Shown here piece after piece: positions 1 through 11,600 of a stretch of 64,000 nucleotides of DNA. Position numbers and translations under genes: made by a program. The DNA lies in NCBI RefSeq assembly GCF_964204645.1, contig NC_134025.1, positions 25,028,299 to 25,092,298 on the forward strand, in the 5' to 3' direction. The stretch comes from Tubulanus polymorphus. Taxonomy: Eukaryota; Animalia; Nemertea. The first letter of the stretch is position 1. Each line of letters opens with the position of its first letter. The notes beneath the pieces were generated by a model, which saw only the letters and a program-made list of their open reading frames with translations, did no database searches and had not been told where the DNA came from.

Positions 1-474
1 TTGAAAATTTCGTTGTTTAGTTGAGTTAACGAGAATGATATGCATTTCTTTTGATTCTTGCATTTATGAAAATATTGAAAAATATGTGTGCCTGTATCAC
101 CGAGTTAATTAATTTTTGGAATAGAAAATGATATCAAAGTAATCATTGAATAATTATCAAGTTGTTTTGCAAATGAGCATGATGCATGGCAGTTGACTGT
201 GTATATATCATCATAGAAATTTAAATGATGAATGTTTTATATTTTTTTTATAGCTGAGATCATGGGAACAAATATAAAGATGGAGATGAATTAATTTATC
301 AATCGTATTATCTTCTTGTTTGATTTTTGGATTCTATTGCTAGTCTTCAAAGTAGCTGGGATTCGAACCTGACAACGTCTCGGGATATTTTATTTCCGAT
401 GGAGTCCTGTAGATGGCAGCGTCTCCTGGTCATTGTTTATTGATTACTACCAGCATAACAAAAAAGACCAATAC

Positions 475-639
475 TATGGAAGACCTCAGACGACATACGA
501 GATATGAGATATAACATACGCGATATGAGATGCAACATACGAGATACGACATATGACATACGAGATACGACTTATTTACAGTACGGGTCGGGTGTCCGCC
601 CGCTAGCGCCACCGCAGTGTGTATTTTTCAACATCTACT
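475..639 (+). repeat. Left arm of a ~160-bp inverted repeat containing a heptamer (C/G)ATA(C/T)GA tandem array
   Basis: TATGGAAGACCTCAGACGA-CATACGA-GATATGA-GATATAA-CATACG...-CTTATTTACAGTACGGG...GCGCCACCGCAGTGT is the reverse complement of 2313-2473, apart from a few substitutions and small indels. Confidence 0.9.
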
Positions 640-2312
640 CGGCGTTGCGGCGTATACTACGACACGTGTGCAGGCAGTGGCGTATACATTAACTATGAAT
701 ATCAATATGCGAAAAACGTTTCATTTGAAACGAAAAACATTTAGAAATATTCGATCAACCACTCCCGGGGACCGGCTTCTCGCTGTGACGTCATTGGGCC
801 ACTCTTAGTGTGAGACACCGATGGTCCAGTGATTCGAGTTGGCTCCAAATACGGGGCTACAGCCCCTAAATCCACCAAAAACGCCTCAAATTCCATTTTT
901 GAGTGTACAAAAATCCCTCAAAAAGAGTTAGCCATGCCCCCTTCAAATTGGTGGTCACTAAGAATTGCGCCTAGTCAAGGGTTTAAACTTCCCGTTCGAT
1001 CGATGGTTTTCGATGAAAAATGAAAGATGTATGTATATTACGAATGCCGATGACCAAAGAGTTAAAAAAAAGTCCGACACACGCGGAATCTGTGTTTAGT
1101 GTACTATGATTTCAACGAATGAATTGAAACATGGACATGAATTAAAAATACTAAAGATAACATAAATCTATTGAATGAATTATTCATTAAATATCAGAAT
1201 GGAGTTCCATTGTATCACTCTCAGCTCCTGGCCCTAGTCCAGCTGATTTCATTTATCACGACGTTTTTTGCGACGGGTGCAAACGCACCATACGAGCAAC
1301 GTTCCGGTGTTCCGCTAATTCCCCTGTCTAAAGAAATGTTACTTGATATTTCCATGGATCTCTACAAATGTAAGAGCTGTTGTGTTTTGCTGAAGACTTA
1401 TTTATGTGGTTCCTGTACTTTTGTCAATAAACAGTTTTAAAACTGGTCATGATAATTGATAAGAATGATCTTAAATTGGATTCTCCGATTATGAAAATTA
1501 TTCAGATTCAGCCATTGGCCCTTTTCATGAAAGATGTCAGAAAAGAAAGATAGCCAAAAAGCCCTCAGAATACACAAGTACCTAAATTGAAAAAATTTTC
1601 AGGGGAGGACCCCAGACTATGGCTTCAGAAAGACAGTGCCGCATACTGCCCTGACGGTTAGCGAAAACTGGCCAGTCTCGACTCTCAATGGCTGGTCTAG
1701 TGGACTCACCAGTCTGCCCCGGTAGCTCGATAGGGATGGAATTTAGCTGGGGATTTCAAACCTTGAGAGAGAGCACGGGAGTTCTTAATCTGGATACCAG
1801 GGCGATGTACGGGTTCCCGGGTTGTTTGGGATTCAAGAACTCAGGCAGGGGTGTCAAACAGCGGAGGAGGGGTACAAGGGGGCCGGGATTTCCGGCTGCG
1901 GAGTTTTTTTTAGAATTTTGATTTCTGATGCAGAAAAGCAGGCGGTTACGGCGGGCGGTGAACAGTAGTTATTTTTTCTGCAGGCATTGAGTAACCGGAA
2001 CCCCGGCTCCTGAACACTAGGCCGTTTTCAGACCAAAGGAAGACAAGAAATAGCATAACATTATGAACTTGAACAGTTTGATATCTTTTTAGTTTTGTGA
2101 TTTGAAAAACTTTTCGTCGCCCGCGGGAGAGGAACGGCCGGCGGCGTGCCTAGTCCAGGGTGTTCACGGTATGGCCTAATATCGTTGTGTCCGGTCCAGG
2201 TGTCCATTATCCAAAATAAATCTATTTCTGGTTTGAATAAAATGTTGACTATGTTGGTTTTCATATAATTGACGATGACTGTACGCGTCACCATGTTAAA
2301 CGATTTATATGC

Positions 2313-2473
2313 AGTAAATATTGAAAAAACATACACTGCGGTGGCGCCAGCGGACGGACACCCGTACTGTAAATAAGTCGTATCTCGTATGTCATATGTC
2401 GTATCTCGTATGTTGCATCTCATATCTCGTATGTTATATCTCATATCTTGTATGTCGTCTGAGGTCTTCCATA
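2313..2473 (-). repeat. Right arm of the same inverted repeat (heptamer array)
   Basis: Reverse complement matches 475-639. Both arms give the same peptide (MRYNIRDMRCNIRDTTYDIRDTTYLQYG) in the ORF track. Confidence 0.9.
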
Positions 2474-3444
2474 CAATACGATGGCCGGTGGTGAAGAAAA
2501 CGATTATGATCTCCCGATGGGAGGTAATAAGAACAATTGATATTAAGTGCAGATTTTCAAAAAAGGTTCCTCGAAATATGAAATATAGAGATGGATTGTT
2601 TAGAACCTTTGTGTGCAGCAAAAGTGTAGGAGGGAGTGGCACTTTCACTTTCTAAATTCTTTCCACAAATCCAAATCCATGGTGTTCACCAAGAATCTTA
2701 GTGTCTGATGTACCACAGACACTAAGATGCGAACGACATTTTCTCGATACTTTTAGATCACTGCAGCTTTAAACCACCAGAAATCCGGTTTCACTAAACC
2801 GATTGTGAAAAATAAACTATCGTTACAAACCTCATACATTAAGTTTTCTTATTATTATATTCATTCGGAGGTTCCTTCATCATAGTCTGTGCTTGATGCG
2901 ATATAAATACAGAAATAGCAAAAATGACACCATTTTTTCACTTTGAAACTAGGCATTGTAACACTGTAGTTCGTTAGCAACAAGACAACTTGAGCGGTGC
3001 GTGTCTCGTCGCTAAACAGCGCATCATTTTTGTATCTTAAATTTAATCGTACTAAAATCAGATTTATCGTCAAAATGATATAATGAACTAACGTAAGACA
3101 TCATAAAGGTTAGTGTAGATAGTTTATTCATCAAAATCGGTTGTTTATTTGCTGAGATATCGCAGTTTGAACACGGACAAAAAAGCCGACCAAATTCTGG
3201 TCGGCAACTGTACAGCGAATTTGAATGCACGCGTCTGGGTGGTTGGTTACACTAGGATCGTAGAGCGACGGAGATCACTGGTGGAGACAACCGCTGCCAG
3301 TGCTGGGTGAACCATGGTGGTGAAGCCGTCCTGTTCCTCACTCTATCCATTTAATCTAATTTTCCTATTAGTATTCACCTCTTAGATTTACTATCATCAC
3401 CTGCATTCGCTGGAAAAATGCATACACATAAGCCATCATCCGAC

Positions 3445-3990
3445 TAATGTCTATTTATTAATTGATGAGACCTGTTTTTCTTGGATATTTTGCTCACTTT
3501 TTGGGGTACATACCTCATTTATGTCTTAACAGAATGCCAAAAATCGCGGACAACAACTGAATATCCGATATATTTCCAGTTCTGTACCAATTAGATGGAT
3601 TGGCAAAAAGACTCCTTAAGTCCAGTTGAATGAGAGAGAAAATCCTCCATTTTGTCAAATTTCTTGGATTTGAACATTGTTACCATGCCTACGCCACCCT
3701 GATTTAGTTGTTGAGACCCCACAAGAAAAATAACTTCATTTCGTAGGCATGGTGACAATGTAAAAATTCAAGAAATTTGACAAAATGGAGGATTTTCTCT
3801 CTCATTCAATTGGACTTAAGGAGTCTTTTTGCCAATCCATCTAAATGGTACAGAACTGGAAATATATCGGATATTCAGTTGTTGTCCGCGATTTTTGGCA
3901 TTCTGTTAAGACATAAATGAGGTATGTACCCCAAAAAGTAAGCAAAATATCCAAGAAAAACAGGTCTCATCAATTAATAAATAGACATTA
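3445..3990. mobile_element. Fold-back/MITE-like non-autonomous DNA transposon, copy 1 (~247-bp arms, 48-bp spacer, TA at both ends)
   Basis: TA-ATGTCTATTTATTAATTGATGAGACC...CCATGCCTACG (to 3693) is near-perfectly inverted at CGTAGGCATGG (3742)...AATAAATAGACAT-TA. No ORF. Confidence 0.9.
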
Positions 3991-4018
3991 CCGAGGCGCA
4001 ACATTCAGCGCCCCCTGC

Positions 4019-4564
4019 TAATGTCTATTTATTAATGGATGAGACCAGTTTTTCTGGGATATTTTGCTTACTTTTTAGGATACATACCTCATTTATGTCT
4101 TAACAGAATGCCAAAAATCGCGGACAAAAACTGAATATCCGATATTATTCCAGTTCTGTACCGATTAGATGGATTGGCAAAAAGACTCCTTAAGTCCAGT
4201 TGAATGAGAGAGAAAATCCTCCATTTTGTCAAATTTCTTGGATTTGAACATTGTTACCATGCCTACGCCACCCTGATTTAGTTGTTGAGACCCCACAAGA
4301 AAAATAACTTCATTTTGTAGGCATGGTGACAATGTAAAAGTTCAAGAAATTTCACAAAATGGAGGATTTTCTCTCTCATTCAACTGGACTTAAGGAGTCT
4401 TTTTGCCAATCCATCTAATTGGTACAGAACTGGAAATATATCGGATATTCAGTTGTTGTCCGCGACTTTTGGCATTCTGTTAAGACATAAATGAGGTATG
4501 TATCCCAAAAAGTAAGCAAAATATCCCAGAAAAACAGGTCTCATCCATTAATAAATAGACATTA
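4019..4564. mobile_element. Fold-back/MITE-like element, copy 2 (same orientation as copy 1)
   Basis: Near-identical to 3445-3990, including the spacer CCACCCTGATTTAGTTGTTGAGACCCCACAAGAAAAATAACTTCATT. It starts 28 bp after copy 1. Confidence 0.9.
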
Positions 4565-4725
4565 GTAGCTGACCCTGTGGGCTGTTGCTATGCGATATAG
4601 GATTCTAACATTCTGCTTAAAATGTTGCGCCAGGCCCTTTTGGCCAATAAAAAGCTATCCACAAAGTATTGTCTTAAATGTATAAAGATACTAGGATAAC
4701 AGAGCTAGCTTTCACTTTGTTTCAG

Positions 4726-5596
4726 TAAGCTGGGATGATGAAGACAACTTGGTGAAAATGACAGTAGTTATTCCCGACGCAAAGGAAAAGAAAGTGTTAA
4801 TCGGCAGCAGTACCAGATTTGCAAATGGAGAACCAGATATCAAATTTGACTCGCTGTAAGTTGATTGGTTTGTAATACCTTGCGGCCCTCTTGTTTTAGG
4901 GCATCGAGATATTTCATAGTTTAACATTATTGACTGAGAACGTTAATGATGATAACTGAATGAAGATTAATTTGTGACCGTTGTTTATATATTGTATTCG
5001 CAGGTCCGTCAGATTAGCGGTTTCACTTGAAGTTAAAGAAAAAAGTAAGAAAATTACTAAAAATATTGGTGCTCTATGGAAACTACCCGAGGAGATACAA
5101 GCAGATAAGAGCCATTTCAAAGTAGGTATTTCGATGGATAGCCCTAGTTATGAAAAGTTATGAAATTTAATTTCTTAACTGATAACAAACTGAGGCTAGT
5201 TGCTCAAAGCTGGTTAAAGTTAACTACGAGTGAGTAGTTTACAAAGTGATAATGAAAGCTTCATTGTAACTATCGTATTTATCCACCAGTTGTCTTTAAC
5301 CAACTTTTGAGCAACTGACCCCTGGATATGATGGGTAGTCCTAGTTATGAAAAGTTATGAGATTATTTCCTTAAGTGATTACATTCAGTTTCTTTTCAGC
5401 TAAACTAAATAAAGTATTTTAGCAAAACTGAACTGAATTAGTAACATGTATTTCTATATTGTTATACATGTACGTGTTTCTCTATGTATAGTGTAAGAAG
5501 GCAAAGGTTGAGATATTCCTGATGAAAGCCGAGGAAAAAACTTGGGCCGGCGCAATTAGTCAAGGAGTCGATATGGAACGCTTAACAACATCATAA
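4726..5596 (+). CDS. Small CS (CHORD/SGT1, p23/HSP20-like) domain protein, 5' exon not located; exons 4726-4855, 5004-5121, 5492-5596
   Basis: Three AG...GT exons splice in phase (2, then 0) to xSWDDEDNLVKMTVVIPDAKEKKVLIGSSTRFANGEPDIKFDSLSVRLAVSLEVKEKSKKITKNIGALWKLPEEIQADKSHFKCKKAKVEIFLMKAEEKTWAGAISQGVDMERLTTS*. The opening W-x6-V-x-M-x-V and closing L-x3-I-x4-S...KVEI-x-L-x-K-x5-W match the CS-domain pattern. Confidence 0.75.
5192..5322. mobile_element. Small MITE-like element in intron of the CS-domain gene
   Basis: GGCTAGTTGCTCAAAGCTGGTTAAAG at the left end is inverted as CTTTAACCAACTTTTGAGCAACTGACCCC at the right end. It is bracketed by a degenerate ~53-bp direct repeat (5134-5187, 5331-5383). 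Confidence 0.7.
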
Positions 5597-7871
5597 AATC
5601 ACTCGGGATCGGTGATGACGCAATACAAGCATATGAAAAATGTATTCGTGATTTGTGACTGTGATAAAAGTGTTCCTTTCTTGTACCTCAAAGAGCAGAA
5701 TCCATCAAAGATGCATGTTTTTTTAGCGTATTTGCAGTGAATCTTGCATATAAATTGGAGCAATTGTACGTTATGTTTGCCAAGATGTCAACGAACGAAA
5801 TACTTATTATTATTTCAGCGAAGCATATCCTATGTTATGTTTGACCCCCTGGGGCCAAACTTTATTTTGTGTGACATATTTTCCTACAACTGTACAACTG
5901 ATTCCTGCTTGTTCAACAGCTTATTTCACTTGAAAATATCAAAGTTACAGTATTAAGAAATGTTTCTGTTCATTCAACCACTATTTTACTAAAAAAAAAG
6001 CTGTCTCAGTAGTTAAAATTTAGATCTATTTTATATGTAGAAGATCTTTGTTCAACACACTGATCTGCATTCATACATATACATACTATATATTTCAATT
6101 TTTAGTGTAATAGATAGCAGTAGGAAGAAGTTCTTATTACAATATTTTCATAAAATAATGGCAATACTTAATATACTTAACTGTACATCAGTTGGCTTAA
6201 AAGAGATCAGTTTAATCCAGACTCTCATCTAACCTAGATATTTTATTGATTAGATTAGGCAGGTTGCTGAATTACACGTAGAATTTAATCGTAAGTAAAA
6301 TTGAATTAATTTTGATTCTGAACATATCTCAAATTTCCTAATAGGATTATCGTGTAGAGGACATGAAACAACTGAAAAATCTACATAGTATTAAGAATTG
6401 ATTTAGAAGAATGTTAGTTGATTCTATCTCTATTTGTTGAATATAGCACTTGTATTTATCCGCTTTATTTAAAAGAATAAATCAATCATTGACAATCACG
6501 ATACAGTAAACTTCACCACTATCTTGGTTAGGCTCAACTCGGAAAATTTCCTTTTAATTCATTTTAAATCCTGGGGTTATTGTCAATAGAGACTTAAGCA
6601 GTTATGAGGAATTTTGCAAAATTAAGATTTGCTGATTTTCCTCAATTGTCACAGAACTAGGAATTTTAACTGAAACAAGTGGTGAGTAGGTGGTTTACCT
6701 ACTTTATTTGGAAGTTTACTGATTTCATAAGGCTCTGATGATTTTTTGGTTATTATGATATAATCTAGCTGTTTTATCACCCTTATTTAGTCTTAAATTG
6801 TTTTAAACTAATTGGAAATAATAAAAAAAACTTCACTTCTATTTGGATTATTTTATGCTTATTCTATATTTTGTGGTGGCATGGAAACAATGAATGACTT
6901 AGAAATGATCATCAAAAGAAGCTGATCAAGATTAATTTGAATATCTAAGATGCTAAAACTTTAATATCTCTGTAATCATGTGATTTCTTATTGGAAAATG
7001 TATTTCTGTGGTAACACTGGAACCGAATAGCTTTCTAAATGATTGGATTGGAACCACCACGTGAAATAAATCGTAAGAATTCACTATGATATTTTCTTCA
7101 ATTCATTGTTCTCCTCTAAGAAGTAATATTTTACATGAATATGCTGATTTAGCACGAAAGCGTTACATAGATACTTATATACACCGTACGTAGATTTGTC
7201 ATTAGTTTGCTAAGCATTGTTCCAGAATCATGGTTGTTAACATTTGAAGATGGAGCAAACAATCTTGGAGAGACTGATTACTCCAAGAAATGATCGACAG
7301 ATTCTAACTCTCGAACCCAATCCTCGGTTGAACATTTTACAATATTTTACACAATTTACAGATTTAGGTAACTGAATGTTTACAACTGTGGGAAATGGGC
7401 GAAGTAAAGTTACTGAGAGTAACCGTGTCCTGATGTGTAATGATTGTCGTGATTAAGGTATGTTAATCACAGGAGATCAGAATCAACGGAATACTCCCCG
7501 GTGCGGAGTCTGATCAAAGGTGCAATAATGAATTGACAATGAGTTTTCCATCAGCAGTCTTCATTCACCGCGCGCCGTATCGAGAGAGTCACAGTCTCAA
7601 TGACTCATCTTTCTCGTCAGCTCGCCAGTTTTATCCATTTTATCAGTTAATCCTCATCATGTTTCAGCGATTGCGAAGAATGATGTCTTCTTTAAATTCG
7701 ATCCGGTGAGAATAGAACACGGCTTCATAAATAAATCAATTTCACCAGGCTTTCCGCACTAGTGTCTTCGCTATTCCAGAAACTTTGATTTTGTTTCTGA
7801 TAACGCGATAATCGCAATAATATTTAATGATATAATATTTGAATTGTAAAGCACAAGATGCCGGCGATTTC

Positions 7872-8633
7872 TCAATAATCTAGAGGTTCTTGGTGAACTC
7901 GTACGTGTTGTTCGATGCCGTAGCGAAATTTCGTCGTGCCCTTAGTTTCGACTGATACTTTACCGCCATCTACGGTAAAACAACGATATTTTTTACCCTT
8001 ATCTTTGAATATTTGCCCTATTTCGCCATCAACCGCCTTGACGAATGAATTATTGTCAGACATATTTGTGAAAACTACGTGAACCTGTCCTTCGAACGTC
8101 GTAATAATTGTGAAATTCGATGAGAACTGCTCTTCGCTTATCACTAATTCGGCGACGCATTTGTGTTTGGCGGGAACTCGTATTTGGTTATCCACGCCCC
8201 ACGTCATCTCCTCTTCTACTATTTCGCCTTCGCATTTGTTAACATTTATTTCCCGATGGAATCCGCTGTTTGCTTCGAACACCTCACACGGAGTTTTCAG
8301 GGTTATGCTCATTTCGTAACCCATACTGTAACCTTTTTCGTAAAATACTTCGCACGTGGATCTGGTGACTCGCTCCGTCCGGAACGAATAGTCTTGCTCT
8401 TGTTCGGTTTCGTTGGTGAAATTTGACTTAAATAATACTTGATTTTGCGGCTTGGAAGACTTTTTGTTGTCCTCGTAATCGGGACCTTCGTGAACGAAAT
8501 TTACTTTTTTCCAGTTGATCTTCAAGGCCAAAGCGTCTTTTGGAATTTTCTTCTGTTTATCACTGGCAGTAGTGTAAAACATATCCCATGCCCAGCTCTC
8601 GACGACTTCATCTAGATTTACTATTCCTGACAT
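7872..8633 (-). CDS. Aerolysin/ETX-MTX2-type beta-pore-forming domain protein (LIN-24-like), 253 aa, single coding exon
   Basis: Uninterrupted ORF with LF-x-S-x-F-T-N-x-T-x2-EQ-x-YSF-x-TER-x-TRS, an alternating hairpin-like segment (GYSMGYEMSITL...ANSGFHREINVN), W-x-VD-x-QI-x-VP-x6-A-x-L-x-I-x-E and terminal G-x3-F-x-YGIEQ-x-V. I recognise these from invertebrate LIN-24-like proteins. A TTTTCAG acceptor lies 1 nt before the ATG. Confidence 0.8.
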   Translation of the reverse strand: MSGIVNLDEVVESWAWDMFYTTASDKQKKIPKDALALKINWKKVNFVHEGPDYEDNKKSSKPQNQVLFKSNFTNETEQEQDYSFRTERVTRSTCEVFYEKGYSMGYEMSITLKTPCEVFEANSGFHREINVNKCEGEIVEEEMTWGVDNQIRVPAKHKCVAELVISEEQFSSNFTIITTFEGQVHVVFTNMSDNNSFVKAVDGEIGQIFKDKGKKYRCFTVDGGKVSVETKGTTKFRYGIEQHVRVHQEPLDY

Positions 8634-11600
8634 CCTGAAAATATATGTATAAAACCTAGATTAATATTCTAGTTTTCTCATCAGAGCAGATAACTGTAGT
8701 TATCATAAGCCACATTATAGCCTATATGCCTGGAAGTCTCGACAGATCTCAGAATAAAAGTAACATGGGGTATTTTTAGTAGAGACGCTGGAGTTTTATC
8801 TTATGGTTGGTTACATCAGCATAAGAGAGATGCGTAGATGTAAGAAGAATCAACAACTTCGATAGCTTGTTACATTTGACTCTTAGAATCCATTAGCGCG
8901 AATGCGCGCCGATGTAAAGTATTTACCCAGTAGGCAAATCCGAATGGCGAAATGCGGACATTACTGAGAGGACCTTAGCTTTCCCTGACGATGAATTTGG
9001 CCAAAGATTTTCTCGATTTTACAATCCATAACCTTAATATGTAACTTACAATTAATGGATATTTAATTAAGAAAAAAAACATTGACTTTAAAATTGCTCT
9101 GCGTACGCATAACCATGTCTATATAAAAAGGAATTCTTTTTTATGGTCTATGTTGTCACAAATCCAGTAATTGGACATCAGTATGATATGTGTTTAAGTA
9201 ACTGGATCTATTGATTTAGACCGCAGTGAATATTTAGCATACGACTCAAATATCGCGTGAGAACGACCACAAATGTCCATTATCATATTAGGTACACGGT
9301 CAAGTAATGAGAGGCCATCACGAATTCATGATTAACCTCTGAATAATCTAATGCTTCGGTGTTGACTTACGCAACGTATCTAACTGCAGTCCAAGCAAAC
9401 TCTAAAAGGTTTCGAATATTATTTTGACCAAAATGATTCGCATGGTCGTTGAGATGACGTTTGCGATGACGTTTACGTTATCCTCCTGGCTATTTGAGAT
9501 TGCTTTTGGGATGATCTGAGGCTACATAATGATTATGATATGTTGGTAGAAGTTACAACAAACAAGAAATAGTTTCAAGTTTGTATTAAGTAAACAAGTC
9601 TATAAGTTTCTTCTCGTTAACGAAGAGTCGGTTTGTGTTTGACAAGAGAAAGCGCCTGTGTTTTCAGAGTAAACCTATCCGCGCGGAGCGAATCATCGAC
9701 GAGTCGATTTCACGTACACGAACGAGTTTACAGAACTTTATCTATTAGAGAATGGCTACCCTCCATTCACTTATTCTTTTAATCGAATTTAGATTATGAA
9801 ACCACGAAAATCAGTCAATGAAACAGGATTCAGTAAACTGTTACTATTTCATAAAACAATGGTTCCAAAATTATCCGGATTAGCTACTCAATCGCCTCGG
9901 ATCTTATGAAGTAAATCTATTCGGAAATTGAATCCCGATATGCTAATATAAAATGGAACAAGTCATAAAATGCAAAAGTTTCCATAACATCCACGCTATA
10001 TTTCCGATTGCCATGAGTCAATGGGCTCTCCATCGCTGATGGTCGCAAGAAATATCTTTTTCACGCTTCACACTAATAGGGGAATGTCACGGAATTTGGC
10101 TTTTTGCGCGAGAGTCAGTTGTTTTGTTGATTACCCCAGAGATGACTGAGTAATGATACATTTATCACAGCTCACGGGCTACACGAATAATTTGATTCTG
10201 ATAGTTGACGATTCACGGACGATGCGTCGCACGTATGTAATTGCATTATTTCTAAACGCCGGGCATTACGAGATGCAACCTTGGTGTTAACACCTAGGAA
10301 ATTGCTGAACCCAGGGGTAAATATCGCCGTTCTCAAAAGTCAATATCCATCGCACAGCCAACATCGAAAATTGATGCACACGTACGCGACGAAATGCTAG
10401 AAGATGAGGACTTTTGAAATGTGAGAAGACTGTGAGGACTTTTCTGATGGAGAGACATGGCTGCATTTTTGAAGAAAAAGAAAATAAGGATTTTTATGCA
10501 GATAAGAACAGTGCAGAAAATATGCAATCAAATAGAATATGATATATCGAACAGTTTGAATATCGGGGATGACTTGAGCTTTATTATCAAGCTGGTTCTA
10601 TAGCAACAAACCCTCGAGTTGCTCTTGAACGCCTTCACCTGTTCCGGCTGGCGCATAGCGTACATAACTTTATAGGGCTGATGCTACATCATCAGTATAG
10701 TACTTAACGTTTGTATTAATATTTTATTGAATGTTTTATACGTTCTATGTATAGTTACATAGTGGGCATAAAATGAGACCGAACCAATTATGGATTCGAT
10801 ATTTACGTGGTAACTCATTTTATGTATATACTCAGTGATGTACATTAGAATATAACCGTAGAAAAAAATCCGCCAAAATAAAAGTCATTTCCTGCATTTT
10901 CAAAGACTCAGAGATATAATATTTTCAGTGTTTCCAATCCTTAGAGCCCGCCATACATATTTAGTTTTTTTCGAACGAATTACTTCAAAATTAGTTTATG
11001 TATTTCTAAATGGAGGTACAATCCAAATTCGAATTAGATTCCTATAATATATAGAAGATATCGTAGAATTAGAATTAAAAGAAATACATTTACTCGAAAC
11101 ATAGCCCCGATGTATGTAAAATCTAGGTGCAGTTATATAGATTAAAACACGTTACAACTATCAGGTTACATTTCAGTTCAAATGACACACCGCCGCCGAT
11201 GGGAAACAATAAAATATTACGATCATTGATTACGAAACCCGAGATGTTCCCCTCGCTTCCTGTATCTACCTATATCGCCCCTAGCATTGCGTGGTACATT
11301 TTTTTCGGCATATGAAAACAAGCGGTATAATGTCTTCATACTGTATTGCCTATATGAAATACGTTGTAAAATGTTGTCTTTATCTTATCAATTTTTAGAC
11401 CCCCTTTTTAAGCTCAAAGAGAATACTGCGTACACAGTTGACGAAATATTCGTACAATTCGTGGAAAAATCGCAGCCTTTTTCACTAACTATTACAGATA
11501 ACGAAAGCTTCTTGCTTTTATGGTTCAAAGTTTACGATAGTACAATTAATGGTAAATGGAAATGCATGGGAGAATGCTAGTATAGTGCATTTACATATTT

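Noticed and set aside
242-322. Poly-T/TAG acceptor-like site followed by a short open frame (possible last exon of an upstream gene)
   Set aside because: The frame cannot be fixed and the peptide has no recognisable similarity; upstream sequence is needed.
497-575. Heptamer array as a CRISPR-like repeat
   Set aside because: The units are contiguous 7-mers with no unique spacers, there are no cas genes, and the context is eukaryotic.
2061-2648. 195-aa minus-strand ORF (and ORFs 430-692, 2389-2655)
   Set aside because: They run through the heptamer repeat arms and transposon debris, with no recognisable domain.
10330-10510. Purine-rich coding-like stretch
   Set aside because: Stops interrupt the frames examined and there are no good splice sites; at most a decayed transposon fragment.
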